The notes under the pieces: model-generated
The model's input: only the letters and a program-made list of their open reading frames with translations
What the model was told of the DNA's origin: nothing
The model's database searches: none
Source of the DNA: an uncultured Saprospiraceae bacterium
Lineage (GTDB): Bacteria; Bacteroidota; Bacteroidia; Chitinophagales; Saprospiraceae
NCBI GenBank assembly: GCA_938007965.1
Contig: CALLMH010000037.1
Location: forward strand, 4,999-68,998
Direction: 5' to 3'
Length of the DNA: 64,000 bases
Shown here: positions 17,799 through 28,009 of the stretch, in pieces
Layout of the letters: each line of letters opens with the position of its first letter
Numbering within the stretch: the first letter of the stretch is position 1
Program-made: the position numbers and the translations under genes

Positions 17799-19418
17799 TC
17801 AATTCTTTATAAATGAAATCGTTTTAGAATATCCCTCACTAGCGTATAATCTTGAAAAGTACTTTCCCGCTGGAAATGAAGAGACATCTAGAGTGTTACT
17901 CTTTTTTTGGATTGTTTGAGTCAATATTTTTGTTCCGAGATGATTATATACTTCCACGGTCAGTTTTGATTTGGCATTATAGTAGGGGATGTCAATCGTT
18001 ATTTGATTGTTTGAGGGGTTTGGTGATATATTGTAGTCTATATCTAGTATCTCATCCACATCTACGATAGAGGTAAGGGTGACATCTAGGATAGTAGTCT
18101 CTCCTTGTTCTAGAGTCACAGTAGTGGTAATAGGAGCATACTGATCTTTAGAGAATTGTACTTCGTATGTGCCTTCTAGAGCATGTCCTGTAGAATAGAA
18201 TCCTGACACATCGGTACTGGCTTCTACAGATTCTGACGAAACTATTCTGATATCTACGTTTTGTATTTCCATCCCAGTGGAAGCATCTCGTACGATCCCT
18301 TCTATGTACGAAGCTCTTTGGTACCCTTGATTACCATCATTATCTATAGGTCTAAATACGAACAGTCCGTTCCACCGGTCACTGCCTAAAATAAGGCCAG
18401 AAGGTAGATAAGGATAAGCGCCCCATAATCCTCCACTGCCTGATTCTATTTCTAGCTCGGTGTCATAGGCAGCTACTTTTACCAGATTGGAAGGGTCATT
18501 AGCATCTATGATTACGAGGCCATCCGTATTCCAGCTTGTGACTAGATATCCATTGTCATAGTGTACATTGTGTGGGATCAATCCTGTGTTTTGCGTCTCG
18601 AATGGTTGGTACCTGTCTAAGAATATTATATCAGATGGGTCAGATACATCATAAGCCTCTACCCATGCATCAGGTCTTTCGTCGGTGGTAAACAGTACCT
18701 GTTCATCATCTGATAGCCATGCATTATGTGAGAAGTTTTTTACTGTAGCTTCTTGACCTATCAAGGTAGCGTTCGACTTATCTGTGATGTCATAGATGGA
18801 GAATACTCCACTATTGATATCAGACGTGTACATCCTATTATTCTTTACGTACACGTCATGGGCATAGTCAAAATCCTGCGCACCTATATAATCTGGTGAT
18901 TTTTTATTCGTATTAAGATCAAATATAAGAATGCCACCATTTGATATATTGGATCCAGCGAGATAGCATAACCCTTCAGCTTCATCTATGAATATATTAT
19001 GTATAGTATTTAATGTGTCAGGCGTGATTCCTAGATCAACGTATGGTCTGAAATTAGTGGCCGTTATAGTGTCAGGTGCTGATGACATATCTATTATTAG
19101 TAGGCCCTCTTTTTCTCTTTCGGCGGATACATAGATGTGATCTTCATAGCTTTTGATATCTCTCCATATGCTCGATGGCCCATCAAATGAGATTACGAAT
19201 TCTGGATTGCTTGGATCTTCAAGTGACCATATTGTCGTCTTTGTGAGCGAACCCATAATGGCATATTCGATTCCAGTGTTCTTATCTACATATCCCCACA
19301 CATCATTTGCCCTTTCATCATGTTCCACATTCGCCACTACTTCGATGTTGAAGTTTTGCTGAGATATAGCTGGAAAGATCAAACTTATCATTAAAAAAAT
19401 AGAGTGAGCGTATTTCAT
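17799..19418 (-). CDS. T9SS-secreted choice-of-anchor-B / LVIVD-type beta-propeller protein
   Basis: 539-aa ORF with a signal peptide and a propeller region (NDVWGYVD, EYAIMGS, HDVYV, HNAW, IPHNVHY). A CarboxypepD_reg-like beta-sandwich follows (GIVRDASTGMEIQNVDIRI). The C-terminal ~83 aa resemble the type-A Por/T9SS sorting domain (SPNPSNNQITIDI...GKYFSRL). Confidence 0.7.
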   Translation of the reverse strand: MKYAHSIFLMISLIFPAISQQNFNIEVVANVEHDERANDVWGYVDKNTGIEYAIMGSLTKTTIWSLEDPSNPEFVISFDGPSSIWRDIKSYEDHIYVSAEREKEGLLIIDMSSAPDTITATNFRPYVDLGITPDTLNTIHNIFIDEAEGLCYLAGSNISNGGILIFDLNTNKKSPDYIGAQDFDYAHDVYVKNNRMYTSDINSGVFSIYDITDKSNATLIGQEATVKNFSHNAWLSDDEQVLFTTDERPDAWVEAYDVSDPSDIIFLDRYQPFETQNTGLIPHNVHYDNGYLVTSWNTDGLVIIDANDPSNLVKVAAYDTELEIESGSGGLWGAYPYLPSGLILGSDRWNGLFVFRPIDNDGNQGYQRASYIEGIVRDASTGMEIQNVDIRIVSSESVEASTDVSGFYSTGHALEGTYEVQFSKDQYAPITTTVTLEQGETTILDVTLTSIVDVDEILDIDYNISPNPSNNQITIDIPYYNAKSKLTVEVYNHLGTKILTQTIQKKSNTLDVSSFPAGKYFSRLYASEGYSKTISFIKN

Positions 19419-19517
19419 AGAATCTGTATTTTGAATTATAGCGGGTATCGATTAAAGTAAAATCGGTAATACCTTGCTAAAGATATTACCGATTTTTGTC
19501 TTAAGCTTTATGATTTG

Positions 19518-21929
19518 TTAGTTTTTGACAATTCGGATCGTTTCAGACTTTTTATCACTTCCTACTACCGTTATGAAATATACACCAGTGCTAAGATTTT
19601 GGATATTATATCTTTCCGTGGTAGAAGATACATATTTAGTCATACTTACTTTGCCAGTGTTATCAGTGATTGTCATGATGTTATCTCCCTCTAATAATTT
19701 ATTAGAATTGATATAGATGTAATCAGCTGTAGGATTAGGGAATGCTGCCAATCCAAGATTCTCAGTTTCTAAGTCTGAAGTGTTGGTACTGATATATCCG
19801 ATTGCGTTGAACACATCTATACCTGCCTCTACAACATGACCTGGATCATCATCTGATGCAGTGACCACGATTCTCATCTGATCATTGAATTCTATATCGT
19901 CGGGACTTATCGTAGTGGTATAGAGCTCTGACCACTCTCCACTTGATTCAGTTTTGGTCGGAAGTGCAAGCGAAGTGATACCATTCGTAATTTCTACAGT
20001 CAAGGCATCATTTGGTTCTCCAGTACCTGCCACATTAGAGAACCATAGGTGATATGATAGATCTATTCTATTTACGTCCGTAGAGAAGTCCATGATAGGA
20101 GATGTTAGTATTACTATTCCATTGTCTATATCATTTTCTCCAATGGTCGATCCCGATGCTCCTGTAACATAATAGTTCGTTCCTATATCACCTTCGATAT
20201 CTTCATCGGTTTGGGTAAGCTCTCCGTTCTGATCTATTCGGCTGGCATTACCGATTTCCCATTGACCACTTGTAGCGTTTCCACTCTGAGTCCAACCCAG
20301 ATCCGCGAAGAAGTCATCTTGATAACCTATTGATAATTCGGTAGTGTACATTGCATCATTTTCTGCAATCACATCTTGTGTATTACCTATGTAACCCCAT
20401 TTTGCGACTTGTATGCCATATGATACACCAGCTCTTACACCTAACTGCCAGTTGCCATCTTCATCTGTGGAAGTAGCCAAAGTAGCATTATTACTATTAT
20501 CCATTATTACTACTTGTGCATCTCTAATCGGTTCGCCAGTTTCTTGATCTGATACATTACCAGAGATGAGGCTGTTGCCCATTTGTACATCTAGGATTGT
20601 AATCTCTCCGCTGACGAGTGTCGCTTCTGCTATTACGCTGTCATAATTCGGATGAGAAAACAAGACTTGGTAAGTTCCAGCATTAGCTATTCCTGTCTTG
20701 TAGTCACCCATTACACCTGCAGCTTTTTTATTCTGTTGATCAGCCATGATGACTACTTCAGCGTTTGGTATACCTTGTCCAGTATTGATATCTGTAATAT
20801 TTCCTTGGAGGTATGAGGCTCTTTGGTACCCCGGCTGTCCATCATTGGTAGTAGGTCTATATACTCTTAGTTGATTACTCAGTCCATCTCCATCCGTAGC
20901 GATGATCAAACCTGATGGCAGGAATGGATATACTCCCCAGCAACCATTGAATCCACCTGTTGCATTAGTGTCAGAGTCGAATGCACCAACTTTTACCATG
21001 TTGTCTGGTTCGTTTACATCAGTGATGATTACACCATCAGAGTACCAACTCGTGATCAAGAATCCATTAAGGTAATGTGTGTTGTGAGGTATGACACCAA
21101 GGTTTTCTGTTTCTATTGGTTTGAATCTATCCAATGGTTCGATAGCATCAAGATCAGAAATATCAAAGGACTCTACGAAGGCATTTGCCCTTTCATCTGT
21201 AGTGAATATGTAGTTGCCATCATCAGATGTCCATGCATTGTGTGTGAAATCAGTAGAAGATCTCTCTCCATTCAGAAGTGTAGGATTTGATTTGTCAGAT
21301 ACATCGTAGACGTTGAACATTCCTAAGAATATTTCAGAGGCATACATTTTATCATCTTGCACATAGACATCATGCGCGTAGGCGATATCCGCAGATCCTA
21401 CGTGTATCGGATTCTTTTTGTCTTGATTGAGATCTAGTATGAGTACTCCACCTACAGAGTTATTACATCCAGCAAGATAGCAATATCCTTGATCTGTATC
21501 GATGTAGAGGTTATGACATTTATCTAGAGATTCAGTCACTCCACTCACCGTAAGATCAGGCTTCCAGTATTGTGAAGTAATCGTATCAGGAGCTAGAGAC
21601 ATATCTATGATTAATAGTCCATCAGTACCTTGATCGGATGTCACGTATATATGATCTTCGAAACTTTTTATATCCCTCCATGTCCCCACAGGCCCAGGGA
21701 TAGATGCTCTTTCGATTGGGTTTGTAGGGTCTTCGAGTGACCATATTTTAGTCGTTGATCTAGTTCCCATGATTGCATATTCTACGCCCGTAGAATCTAC
21801 ATATCCCCAGATGTCATTTCCGTTTTCGCCGTTTTCTACGGAGGCTAGTAGCTCCATATTGAATGTTAATTGGCCGTATCCTGTAAAGGCTAGAGCACAT
21901 AAAAAAAGTATCTGTGTAAAATTCCGCAT
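19518..21929 (-). CDS. T9SS-secreted choice-of-anchor-B / LVIVD-type beta-propeller protein (larger paralog)
   Basis: 803-aa ORF. Its N-terminal ~440 aa are colinear with the neighbouring 539-aa protein, roughly half identical by eye. It also has two CarboxypepD_reg-like domains, an extra ~200-aa domain and a type-A T9SS CTD (FPNPTADYIYIN...GVYFITV). Confidence 0.7.
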   Translation of the reverse strand: MRNFTQILFLCALAFTGYGQLTFNMELLASVENGENGNDIWGYVDSTGVEYAIMGTRSTTKIWSLEDPTNPIERASIPGPVGTWRDIKSFEDHIYVTSDQGTDGLLIIDMSLAPDTITSQYWKPDLTVSGVTESLDKCHNLYIDTDQGYCYLAGCNNSVGGVLILDLNQDKKNPIHVGSADIAYAHDVYVQDDKMYASEIFLGMFNVYDVSDKSNPTLLNGERSSTDFTHNAWTSDDGNYIFTTDERANAFVESFDISDLDAIEPLDRFKPIETENLGVIPHNTHYLNGFLITSWYSDGVIITDVNEPDNMVKVGAFDSDTNATGGFNGCWGVYPFLPSGLIIATDGDGLSNQLRVYRPTTNDGQPGYQRASYLQGNITDINTGQGIPNAEVVIMADQQNKKAAGVMGDYKTGIANAGTYQVLFSHPNYDSVIAEATLVSGEITILDVQMGNSLISGNVSDQETGEPIRDAQVVIMDNSNNATLATSTDEDGNWQLGVRAGVSYGIQVAKWGYIGNTQDVIAENDAMYTTELSIGYQDDFFADLGWTQSGNATSGQWEIGNASRIDQNGELTQTDEDIEGDIGTNYYVTGASGSTIGENDIDNGIVILTSPIMDFSTDVNRIDLSYHLWFSNVAGTGEPNDALTVEITNGITSLALPTKTESSGEWSELYTTTISPDDIEFNDQMRIVVTASDDDPGHVVEAGIDVFNAIGYISTNTSDLETENLGLAAFPNPTADYIYINSNKLLEGDNIMTITDNTGKVSMTKYVSSTTERYNIQNLSTGVYFITVVGSDKKSETIRIVKN

Positions 21930-22074
21930 TAATGTTTAAATTGTATTATTTGTGAAAATGATATCTTCTACTTTTTAACAAGCACTACGAAGATTTGTTT
22001 CTTGACACGAAAATATAGATTATTTTATAATATAATTGCTTATTTAATATAACTCTTGAAGACAAATCGATAGT

Positions 22075-22500
22075 TTATCTATTTTCGATTCTCATTGTAG
22101 TCAGTTTAGAGACGCAGATTAGCTCATTTGCCTCATTATAAACCTCAGTATTCCATACTTGTATTTTTTTGCCTATTCTGATTGGTTTGGTGATACTATA
22201 TACAGAGCCTGACTTTACAGACTTGAGGTGGTTTGCATTTATTTCTATACCTACGATGGACTCTTTCGTAATATCATCAAGAATCAGCACACTAGCAATA
22301 CTTCCCATGGTCTCACTGAGTGCTACAGATGCCCCACCATGGAGTAGTCCCATTGGTTGTTTGGTCCTTTTATCTACGGGCATTTTAGCTTTTATGTAGT
22401 CGTCACCAACCTCTATCACCTCGATGCCTAAGTGTCCTCCTAGCGTATTTTTATTAATATTATTTAATGCTTCCAGCTTAGGTTTATTTTTCCAGATCAT
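22075..22500 (-). CDS. Hotdog-fold thioesterase (PaaI/YdiI-like)
   Basis: 141-aa ORF. The motif GLLHGGASVALSETMGS and its length are typical of PaaI-family acyl-CoA thioesterases. Confidence 0.8.
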   Translation of the reverse strand: MIWKNKPKLEALNNINKNTLGGHLGIEVIEVGDDYIKAKMPVDKRTKQPMGLLHGGASVALSETMGSIASVLILDDITKESIVGIEINANHLKSVKSGSVYSITKPIRIGKKIQVWNTEVYNEANELICVSKLTTMRIENR

Positions 22501-22541
22501 AGAATGTATGTTTGTGTAAACTTAAATAAAAATTCTCATCA

Positions 22542-23141
22542 ATGGAGTCTGATAATAATTACATTAAAAAAACTAAAATATGGATCGATCGACTAGTAGT
22601 GGGATTGAATTTATGTCCTTTTGCTAAGTATTCATTTCAGGATGGCAACATACACTATGAGATATCAGATTCTGATGATTTCACGCCCATGATGCAAGAG
22701 TTGGTAGAATTAGTCCAAATGCTATCCGCGACAGCTTCAGAAAGTATGAAAGATGATGATTCGTCGGGAATTTCTAATGCTTTTATTATTTACACACAAG
22801 ATGTCTCTTTTGATTTTATGCTTGATTTAGAGTATTCGTTCGTAGGTTTATTAGAAGATGCAGGATTGGATACGAAGTTCCAGACGGTGGTCTTCCACCC
22901 ACAGTTTAAGTATGAAGGAGAAGATAACAATGCACACGGTAACTTTACAAATAGGTCTCCCTATCCCATGATACACATTTTGAGGGCAGAAGAGGTTTCA
23001 GAGGCGATAGCCAAGACTATCAACGTAGATATGATTCCTACAAATAATACTGCAAAATTAGAGAAGCTAGCGATAACTAGAGTATCCGAAGTGTTCGAAG
23101 ATAATTTTGAAGATAGGGTATTGGAGGTTTTAAATACTTGA
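22542..23141 (+). CDS. DUF1415-like protein
   Basis: 199-aa ORF with an N-terminal VVGLNLCPFAK motif and a later FHPQF segment, as in DUF1415 proteins. The function is unknown. Confidence 0.5.
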   Translation: MESDNNYIKKTKIWIDRLVVGLNLCPFAKYSFQDGNIHYEISDSDDFTPMMQELVELVQMLSATASESMKDDDSSGISNAFIIYTQDVSFDFMLDLEYSFVGLLEDAGLDTKFQTVVFHPQFKYEGEDNNAHGNFTNRSPYPMIHILRAEEVSEAIAKTINVDMIPTNNTAKLEKLAITRVSEVFEDNFEDRVLEVLNT

Positions 23142-23236
23142 TATTTTATGAAATTAAATAGATCAATTTTATTGACTATTTCTGTAGTATAATAGAAATT
23201 AACGTTGGATGGAGGCATTTCTTATAGGGAGTAAAT

Positions 23237-24454
23237 CTACTCCGAATGAGTTATTTTAGTTGTAATATTTGCTGAAGCTTCGAGAGTTCTATGCACGGGA
23301 CATCTGTCAGCAATCTCCATTAATCTATCTATCTGAGTTTGATCAAGATCTCCTTTGATTTCTATTTCTCGATCAAATGTTTCTAGTCTTCGATCTTTTT
23401 CTTCACAATGTTCACAATCTTCTCTATAGCTTCGATCAAAGGAAAGGTGCACTTTTACCTCTTGTAGATCCCATTTTTTTCGTCTGGCATACATTTGTAA
23501 TGTCATAGCTGTGCAGGCCGCCAGTGAAGAATTAAGTAATTCGTATGGAGAAGGGCCGAAATCATTGCCTCCAAGATTCTCAGATTCATCGGCGATAAGT
23601 CCATGTCTGCCCGCCATGATATCAGTAGTGAATCCACTATTCTCAAGCATAGCCACGACTTGTTTATGTGTTTTTAATTCAGATTTTTTAGGTAGATCAA
23701 CATATCTTTTTGCCCAAGTAGCGATCATATTCCCTACGTAGAATGCATCATTCTTATCAGTAAGCATATGGTTTGCATTATTGAGTGTTACGAAGCTTTT
23801 GGGGTGCATTGCCGTCTTGTAGATTTTAGCGGCATTTTCTATTCCTACTACGCGGTCTTGAGGAGAATGGAGTACTAGGATTGCTTTATTAAGATTTTTG
23901 ACAATTTCGTACATATTTTTTCCTCTTAGGTCATCTAGAAATTGTTTTTTTATGGTGAACGTTTGTCCCCCGATATTTACATTTGCAAGACCAGTTCGTT
24001 CTATATCTTCGATTTTACTTTCTAGCAAGTGTGTGACGTGTTCAGGTTCTGATGGTGTGCCGACAGTTGCTACCGCTTGGATATTATCAAGTTGAGAGGC
24101 GGCAAATACAGAAGCAGCGCCACCGAGACTATGACCGATCATGATCTTGGGTGCTTCATAATTGTCACTTAGGAATTTACTCGCTGCGAGTAAGTCTTCT
24201 ACATTGCTAGAAAAATTAGTGTCACTGAAATCTCCTTCACTCTCGCCTAATCCTGTAAAGTCAAATCTCAGTACAGCTATACCATTCAATGTCAATGCTC
24301 TACTGATATGTCGTGTAGCAGAGAGACTTTTACTTCCAGTGAATACATGTGCAAACACTGCATACGCATCTGGAGTCTTGGTGAGCGGCATTTCTAATCT
24401 AGCGGATAACTTATAGCCATTGGTATTTACGAATTCTACTTTCTTTGAAGGCAT
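23237..24454 (-). CDS. Bifunctional alpha/beta hydrolase / OsmC-family protein
   Basis: 405-aa ORF. The N-terminal half carries the nucleophile elbow GHSLGG. The C-terminal ~140 aa resemble OsmC/Ohr (LLNSSLAACTAMTL...CPVHRTL). Confidence 0.8.
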   Translation of the reverse strand: MPSKKVEFVNTNGYKLSARLEMPLTKTPDAYAVFAHVFTGSKSLSATRHISRALTLNGIAVLRFDFTGLGESEGDFSDTNFSSNVEDLLAASKFLSDNYEAPKIMIGHSLGGAASVFAASQLDNIQAVATVGTPSEPEHVTHLLESKIEDIERTGLANVNIGGQTFTIKKQFLDDLRGKNMYEIVKNLNKAILVLHSPQDRVVGIENAAKIYKTAMHPKSFVTLNNANHMLTDKNDAFYVGNMIATWAKRYVDLPKKSELKTHKQVVAMLENSGFTTDIMAGRHGLIADESENLGGNDFGPSPYELLNSSLAACTAMTLQMYARRKKWDLQEVKVHLSFDRSYREDCEHCEEKDRRLETFDREIEIKGDLDQTQIDRLMEIADRCPVHRTLEASANITTKITHSE

Positions 24455-24652
24455 AGTTGTATGTAATTTTTAATTATAGCACAAAATATAAAACTAGATG
24501 GAATTAGCCACTCCTCTATAATATATAATGTTAGTATTACACTTCATAAGACTGATTATTTGAATATATCACATCAAGTGTTAGATTTGTGTCATTGTAG
24601 AATATTATCTATTCGAAGTCTAAGTAATACTGAATCAATAAAATATACACGA

Positions 24653-25558
24653 ATGAAAAATATCATCTTCACTTTGCTCGCAGTTTTTTTCTTGTTTTCG
24701 TGCAAAACGGACACCACTAACACGGACAATAGTATTGTGTCATCAGAATATTCTGCGGCACTAGAAAGCTTAAATACGAACCCTGGAAAAGAGTCCGCTT
24801 TGAACTATCTCAAAGCCGTAAGGAACGCAATAGCGAAATCTGAGGATCAAGCGAAGACCAAAGAATACTTAGATAAAGGGTTATCTGTCGCAGAAGAATA
24901 TAGTATGGGGCCTGCCGCGATTGGTTTTTTGATGCCATTACTTAAGAGCTATCCTGATGCGCCAAAAAAAGAAGAATATACAGCTAAATTGGCTTCTGCA
25001 TTGTCAGATATAGGAAAGAAGATACCTGGAGATGTATTGATAGATGCTTATATGAATCAATATCCAAATGGTAAGTATACAGATGTCCTTGTTAAAAAAC
25101 AAACTACAAAAATTGAAAATATAGATACCTTCTTGGTGAATTTGGCAAAGGATATTTTTGTGAATCCTGATAAATTTGGAATCAATAGATTAGCTGCGCA
25201 AAAGTATGTAGATGCATGTGAAGCATACGCACTAGGCAATAAAAATAGCGCTATGGCTCCAGAGTATCTTTATAGAGCGGCAGAGATGGCTCGCACATTG
25301 AAGACATATCCCAAGGCACTCAATATATACGATTGGATAGAGTCAGAATATCCTAAGTACGAAAAATCTGCCACTACTATGTTCTTAAAAGGATTTATGC
25401 TAGAGAATGAACTAAATGATAAAGAATCTGCTCGAAAAGTATATCAGAAATTCGTAAAGAGATTTCCAGAGAGTGAATTACAAGATGATGTCAAATTTCT
25501 CCTAGATAATATAGATAAGTCAGATGAGGAAATCATGAAACTTATTGAAAAGAAATAA
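24653..25558 (+). CDS. Lipoprotein with TPR-like helical repeats
   Basis: The start is moved to the internal ATG 24653, giving signal/lipobox LFSC. The body is helical and repeat-like, and the C-terminal part resembles a TPR (KALNIYDWIESEYPKYEKSATTMFLKG...ARKVYQKFVKRFP). Confidence 0.45.
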   Translation: MKNIIFTLLAVFFLFSCKTDTTNTDNSIVSSEYSAALESLNTNPGKESALNYLKAVRNAIAKSEDQAKTKEYLDKGLSVAEEYSMGPAAIGFLMPLLKSYPDAPKKEEYTAKLASALSDIGKKIPGDVLIDAYMNQYPNGKYTDVLVKKQTTKIENIDTFLVNLAKDIFVNPDKFGINRLAAQKYVDACEAYALGNKNSAMAPEYLYRAAEMARTLKTYPKALNIYDWIESEYPKYEKSATTMFLKGFMLENELNDKESARKVYQKFVKRFPESELQDDVKFLLDNIDKSDEEIMKLIEKK

Positions 25559-25579
25559 GCAATCCTTACTCTAATATTC

Positions 25580-26440
25580 TTACAAAAATACTTTATTACT
25601 GATCGCTAATGACCGGATAAACGCTCCATGGTCTATTCCCGTTTCTATTTCGTTTTTATCAAAATAGTACAGAAGATTTTCGGTTGGCATATTTCCTGTC
25701 AGATCATCTTTGGCCATAGGACAGCCACCATAGCCACTTATCGTAGAGTCAAATCTTCTACAACCACTATTGTAGGCGGCGAGGACTTTATTTTCCCAGG
25801 CGTCTGGTCGAGTATGGAGGTGGGCTCCAAACTCTACATTAGGGTATGGAGGTATGAGATTAGAAAACAGATAAGAAATAGATCCTGGATTGGCCACTCC
25901 TATAGTATCCGATAATGCCATTATTTTTATTCCTATTTCTGCAAGTTTGTCTACCCATTTTTGACATATTTCTACGTTCCATTCATCGCCATACGGATTA
26001 CCGAAACCCATACTTATATAGATGACTAGTTCCTTATCTGTCTTACCACAGAGGTCTTGTATCTGCATTACTCTCTCAAGTGATTCCTCGATAGTAGCAT
26101 TGGTGTTTCTGAGTTGGAAAGTTTCGGAAATAGAAAATGGATAACCAAGGTAATCGATTTCTTTGTGCTGAGATGCATCATTGGCCCCTCTCATGTTGGC
26201 CACAATTGCCAATAATTTTGATTGAGTATTGTCCAAGTCTAATTTACTTAAGACTTCTGCAGTATCCTTCATCTGAGGTATAGCTTTCGGAGATACAAAA
26301 CTACCAAAGTCTATCGTGTCGAATCCAACTTGCAGTAAGCTATTGATATAGTCAGCTTTCAGATCGCAGTCTATGAAATCGTGGATGCCCTGCATAGCAT
26401 CTCTTGGGCACTCTATAAGTTTGAGTTTTTGATTCGACAT
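25580..26440 (-). CDS. Hydroxymethylglutaryl-CoA lyase (HMGL-like)
   Basis: 286-aa ORF with an N-terminal ECPRDAMQG (E-x-x-P-R-D-G-L-Q type) motif and an HLH metal site (GAHLHT), typical of HMG-CoA lyase. Confidence 0.85.
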   Translation of the reverse strand: MSNQKLKLIECPRDAMQGIHDFIDCDLKADYINSLLQVGFDTIDFGSFVSPKAIPQMKDTAEVLSKLDLDNTQSKLLAIVANMRGANDASQHKEIDYLGYPFSISETFQLRNTNATIEESLERVMQIQDLCGKTDKELVIYISMGFGNPYGDEWNVEICQKWVDKLAEIGIKIMALSDTIGVANPGSISYLFSNLIPPYPNVEFGAHLHTRPDAWENKVLAAYNSGCRRFDSTISGYGGCPMAKDDLTGNMPTENLLYYFDKNEIETGIDHGAFIRSLAISNKVFL

Positions 26441-26598
26441 AGTTTCATTAGGATTTGAATGTAAAATACTACTTTAGTGTTGTTCTTGCAATTTTTCGAC
26501 GATTAGGAGCATCATATAATGCTTTTATGACATCAAATTACTTTTTTTAATTGGACTAATAAACATTAATCTTAGATTTGGAGTTAAGTTTATTAATT

Positions 26599-26823
26599 AT
26601 GAAAAAAGGATACATTACAGCACTGGGTTATTTGTTGTTTTTAGCGGGTTTTATGTCCATACTATTGAGCATGGTAGGATTACAGCTTACATTTTTGGGA
26701 TGGTTGTCAGATTTAAGTGTAGGTTTCAGTATCCTGGTGAAGTTGGTGATGTTATTTAGCGGCTTGATCATTATGTACATGTCAAAAATGCCACCAGAGG
26801 ACGATGCAGACATTATTGTCTAA
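26599..26823 (+). CDS. Small two-helix membrane protein (hypothetical)
   Basis: 74 aa from ATG 26599, with two clear hydrophobic helices. Its 3' end overlaps the convergent MarR gene by 11 nt. No family was recognised. Confidence 0.4.
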   Translation: MKKGYITALGYLLFLAGFMSILLSMVGLQLTFLGWLSDLSVGFSILVKLVMLFSGLIIMYMSKMPPEDDADIIV

Positions 26824-27262
26824 TAAGATCTAAGAAATCATTCATTTGCGAAGCGGCTTCTTCATCTAAATCCATATTATCATAAAAGTGAACCAATTTT
26901 GTATTTATCTTTTCGGTTAATTCTATACCGGAATCAGTAATGAATATTTCCACTTTTCTTCTGTTCGTAGACGATGTTGCTCTCTTTAGGTATCCCAATT
27001 TTACCAGTTTATCAACAAGTCTAGTAAGGTCTCGCCCTTTATCTATCATTGCTTCGATAATTTGACCAGGAGAGATTGGTTCTCCATTCTTTTCTCTGAC
27101 TATTCTAAGTATATCATAGTGTTGTTGTAAAATATTATGCTCTTTAAAAAATGGACCTGTAATGTCACTGATATAGTTGGCAGTGTATAAAATCTTGCTA
27201 AATACTTTATGCCTATTATTTTGAAATACAGGTTGTGTAATTACTTCTTCAAGTTTTGCCAT
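26813..27262 (-). CDS. MarR family transcriptional regulator
   Basis: 149-aa ORF with a winged-helix segment (ISPGQIIEAMIDKGRDLTRLVDKLVKLGYLKRATSSTNRRKVEIFITDSG), typical of MarR. Confidence 0.85.
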   Translation of the reverse strand: MAKLEEVITQPVFQNNRHKVFSKILYTANYISDITGPFFKEHNILQQHYDILRIVREKNGEPISPGQIIEAMIDKGRDLTRLVDKLVKLGYLKRATSSTNRRKVEIFITDSGIELTEKINTKLVHFYDNMDLDEEAASQMNDFLDLIRQ

Positions 27263-27283
27263 TTATATAACATTAAGTATTGC

Positions 27284-27299
27284 AAGTAAATAGTTACTT
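27284..27299. promoter_or_regulatory. Candidate MarR operator palindrome
   Basis: AAGTAAatagTTACTT is a 6-4-6 perfect inverted repeat. It lies 22-37 nt upstream of the MarR start, within the 80-bp divergent intergenic region. Confidence 0.3.
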
Positions 27300-27342
27300 T
27301 TGACTTTTACGGTGTGATTTATTTAATTTATTGTTTTTGCTA

Positions 27343-28005
27343 ATGACTTTAACTTTTGGAATAGGAAATAAGATAACACGCATATTACCTACGTGCAGAA
27401 TGGGTTTGATTTTTTCTCGGGTTGAGATCAATGAAACCTCTAAGTCGTTGTATAAAGCCATAGCTGAGGTGGAAGCTGAATATACGCATAAATTACAAAC
27501 GATTGCTGAATCAAAGCTGACCATAATTGATGAAACAAGGCAAGCATACAAGCTGTGTGGAAAAGAGCCGAGCCGATACAGACCTTCATCTGAAGCACTT
27601 CTGAGACGGATAAGAACTGGAAAGGGGCTGTATAAAATCAACAATATAGTGGATACCATCAATCTACTATCCATATCTTCAAATTTTTCGATCGGTGGAT
27701 TTGATCAAGCAAAAATTAGAGGAGATGTGATTTTGGATATAGGGAATAGTGATTCTTACGAAGCGATCGGTAGGGGGAATCTTAACATTGAGCATATGCC
27801 AGGATTAAGAGATGACTTTGGTTTCTTTGGAACCCCGACCAGTGATTCGGTAAGAACTATGGTGACTTCCAGTATACAGTATCTAATCTTGGTATATTAT
27901 GATTTCTGCAGTAATGACCAATTGGAAGCTTCTCTAGAAGAAGCTAGGATTGCATTAGCAAAGTACTGCTCGGGCAGCGAAATAGTCACAAAAGTTATCG
28001 GTTAG
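27343..28005 (+). CDS. B3/B4 tRNA-binding-domain protein (PheT B3_4-like)
   Basis: The start is set at ATG 27343. The segment GKGLYKINNIVDTINLLSISSNFSIGGFD and the length (~220 aa) resemble stand-alone B3/4 domain proteins. Confidence 0.55.
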   Translation: MTLTFGIGNKITRILPTCRMGLIFSRVEINETSKSLYKAIAEVEAEYTHKLQTIAESKLTIIDETRQAYKLCGKEPSRYRPSSEALLRRIRTGKGLYKINNIVDTINLLSISSNFSIGGFDQAKIRGDVILDIGNSDSYEAIGRGNLNIEHMPGLRDDFGFFGTPTSDSVRTMVTSSIQYLILVYYDFCSNDQLEASLEEARIALAKYCSGSEIVTKVIG

Positions 28006-28009
28006 GAAT

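Noticed and set aside
27294-27674. A 126-aa minus-strand ORF overlaps the start of the B3/4-domain gene.
   Set aside because: It overlaps a better-supported CDS with a recognisable domain. It would also begin inside the MarR divergent promoter region and has no motif support.
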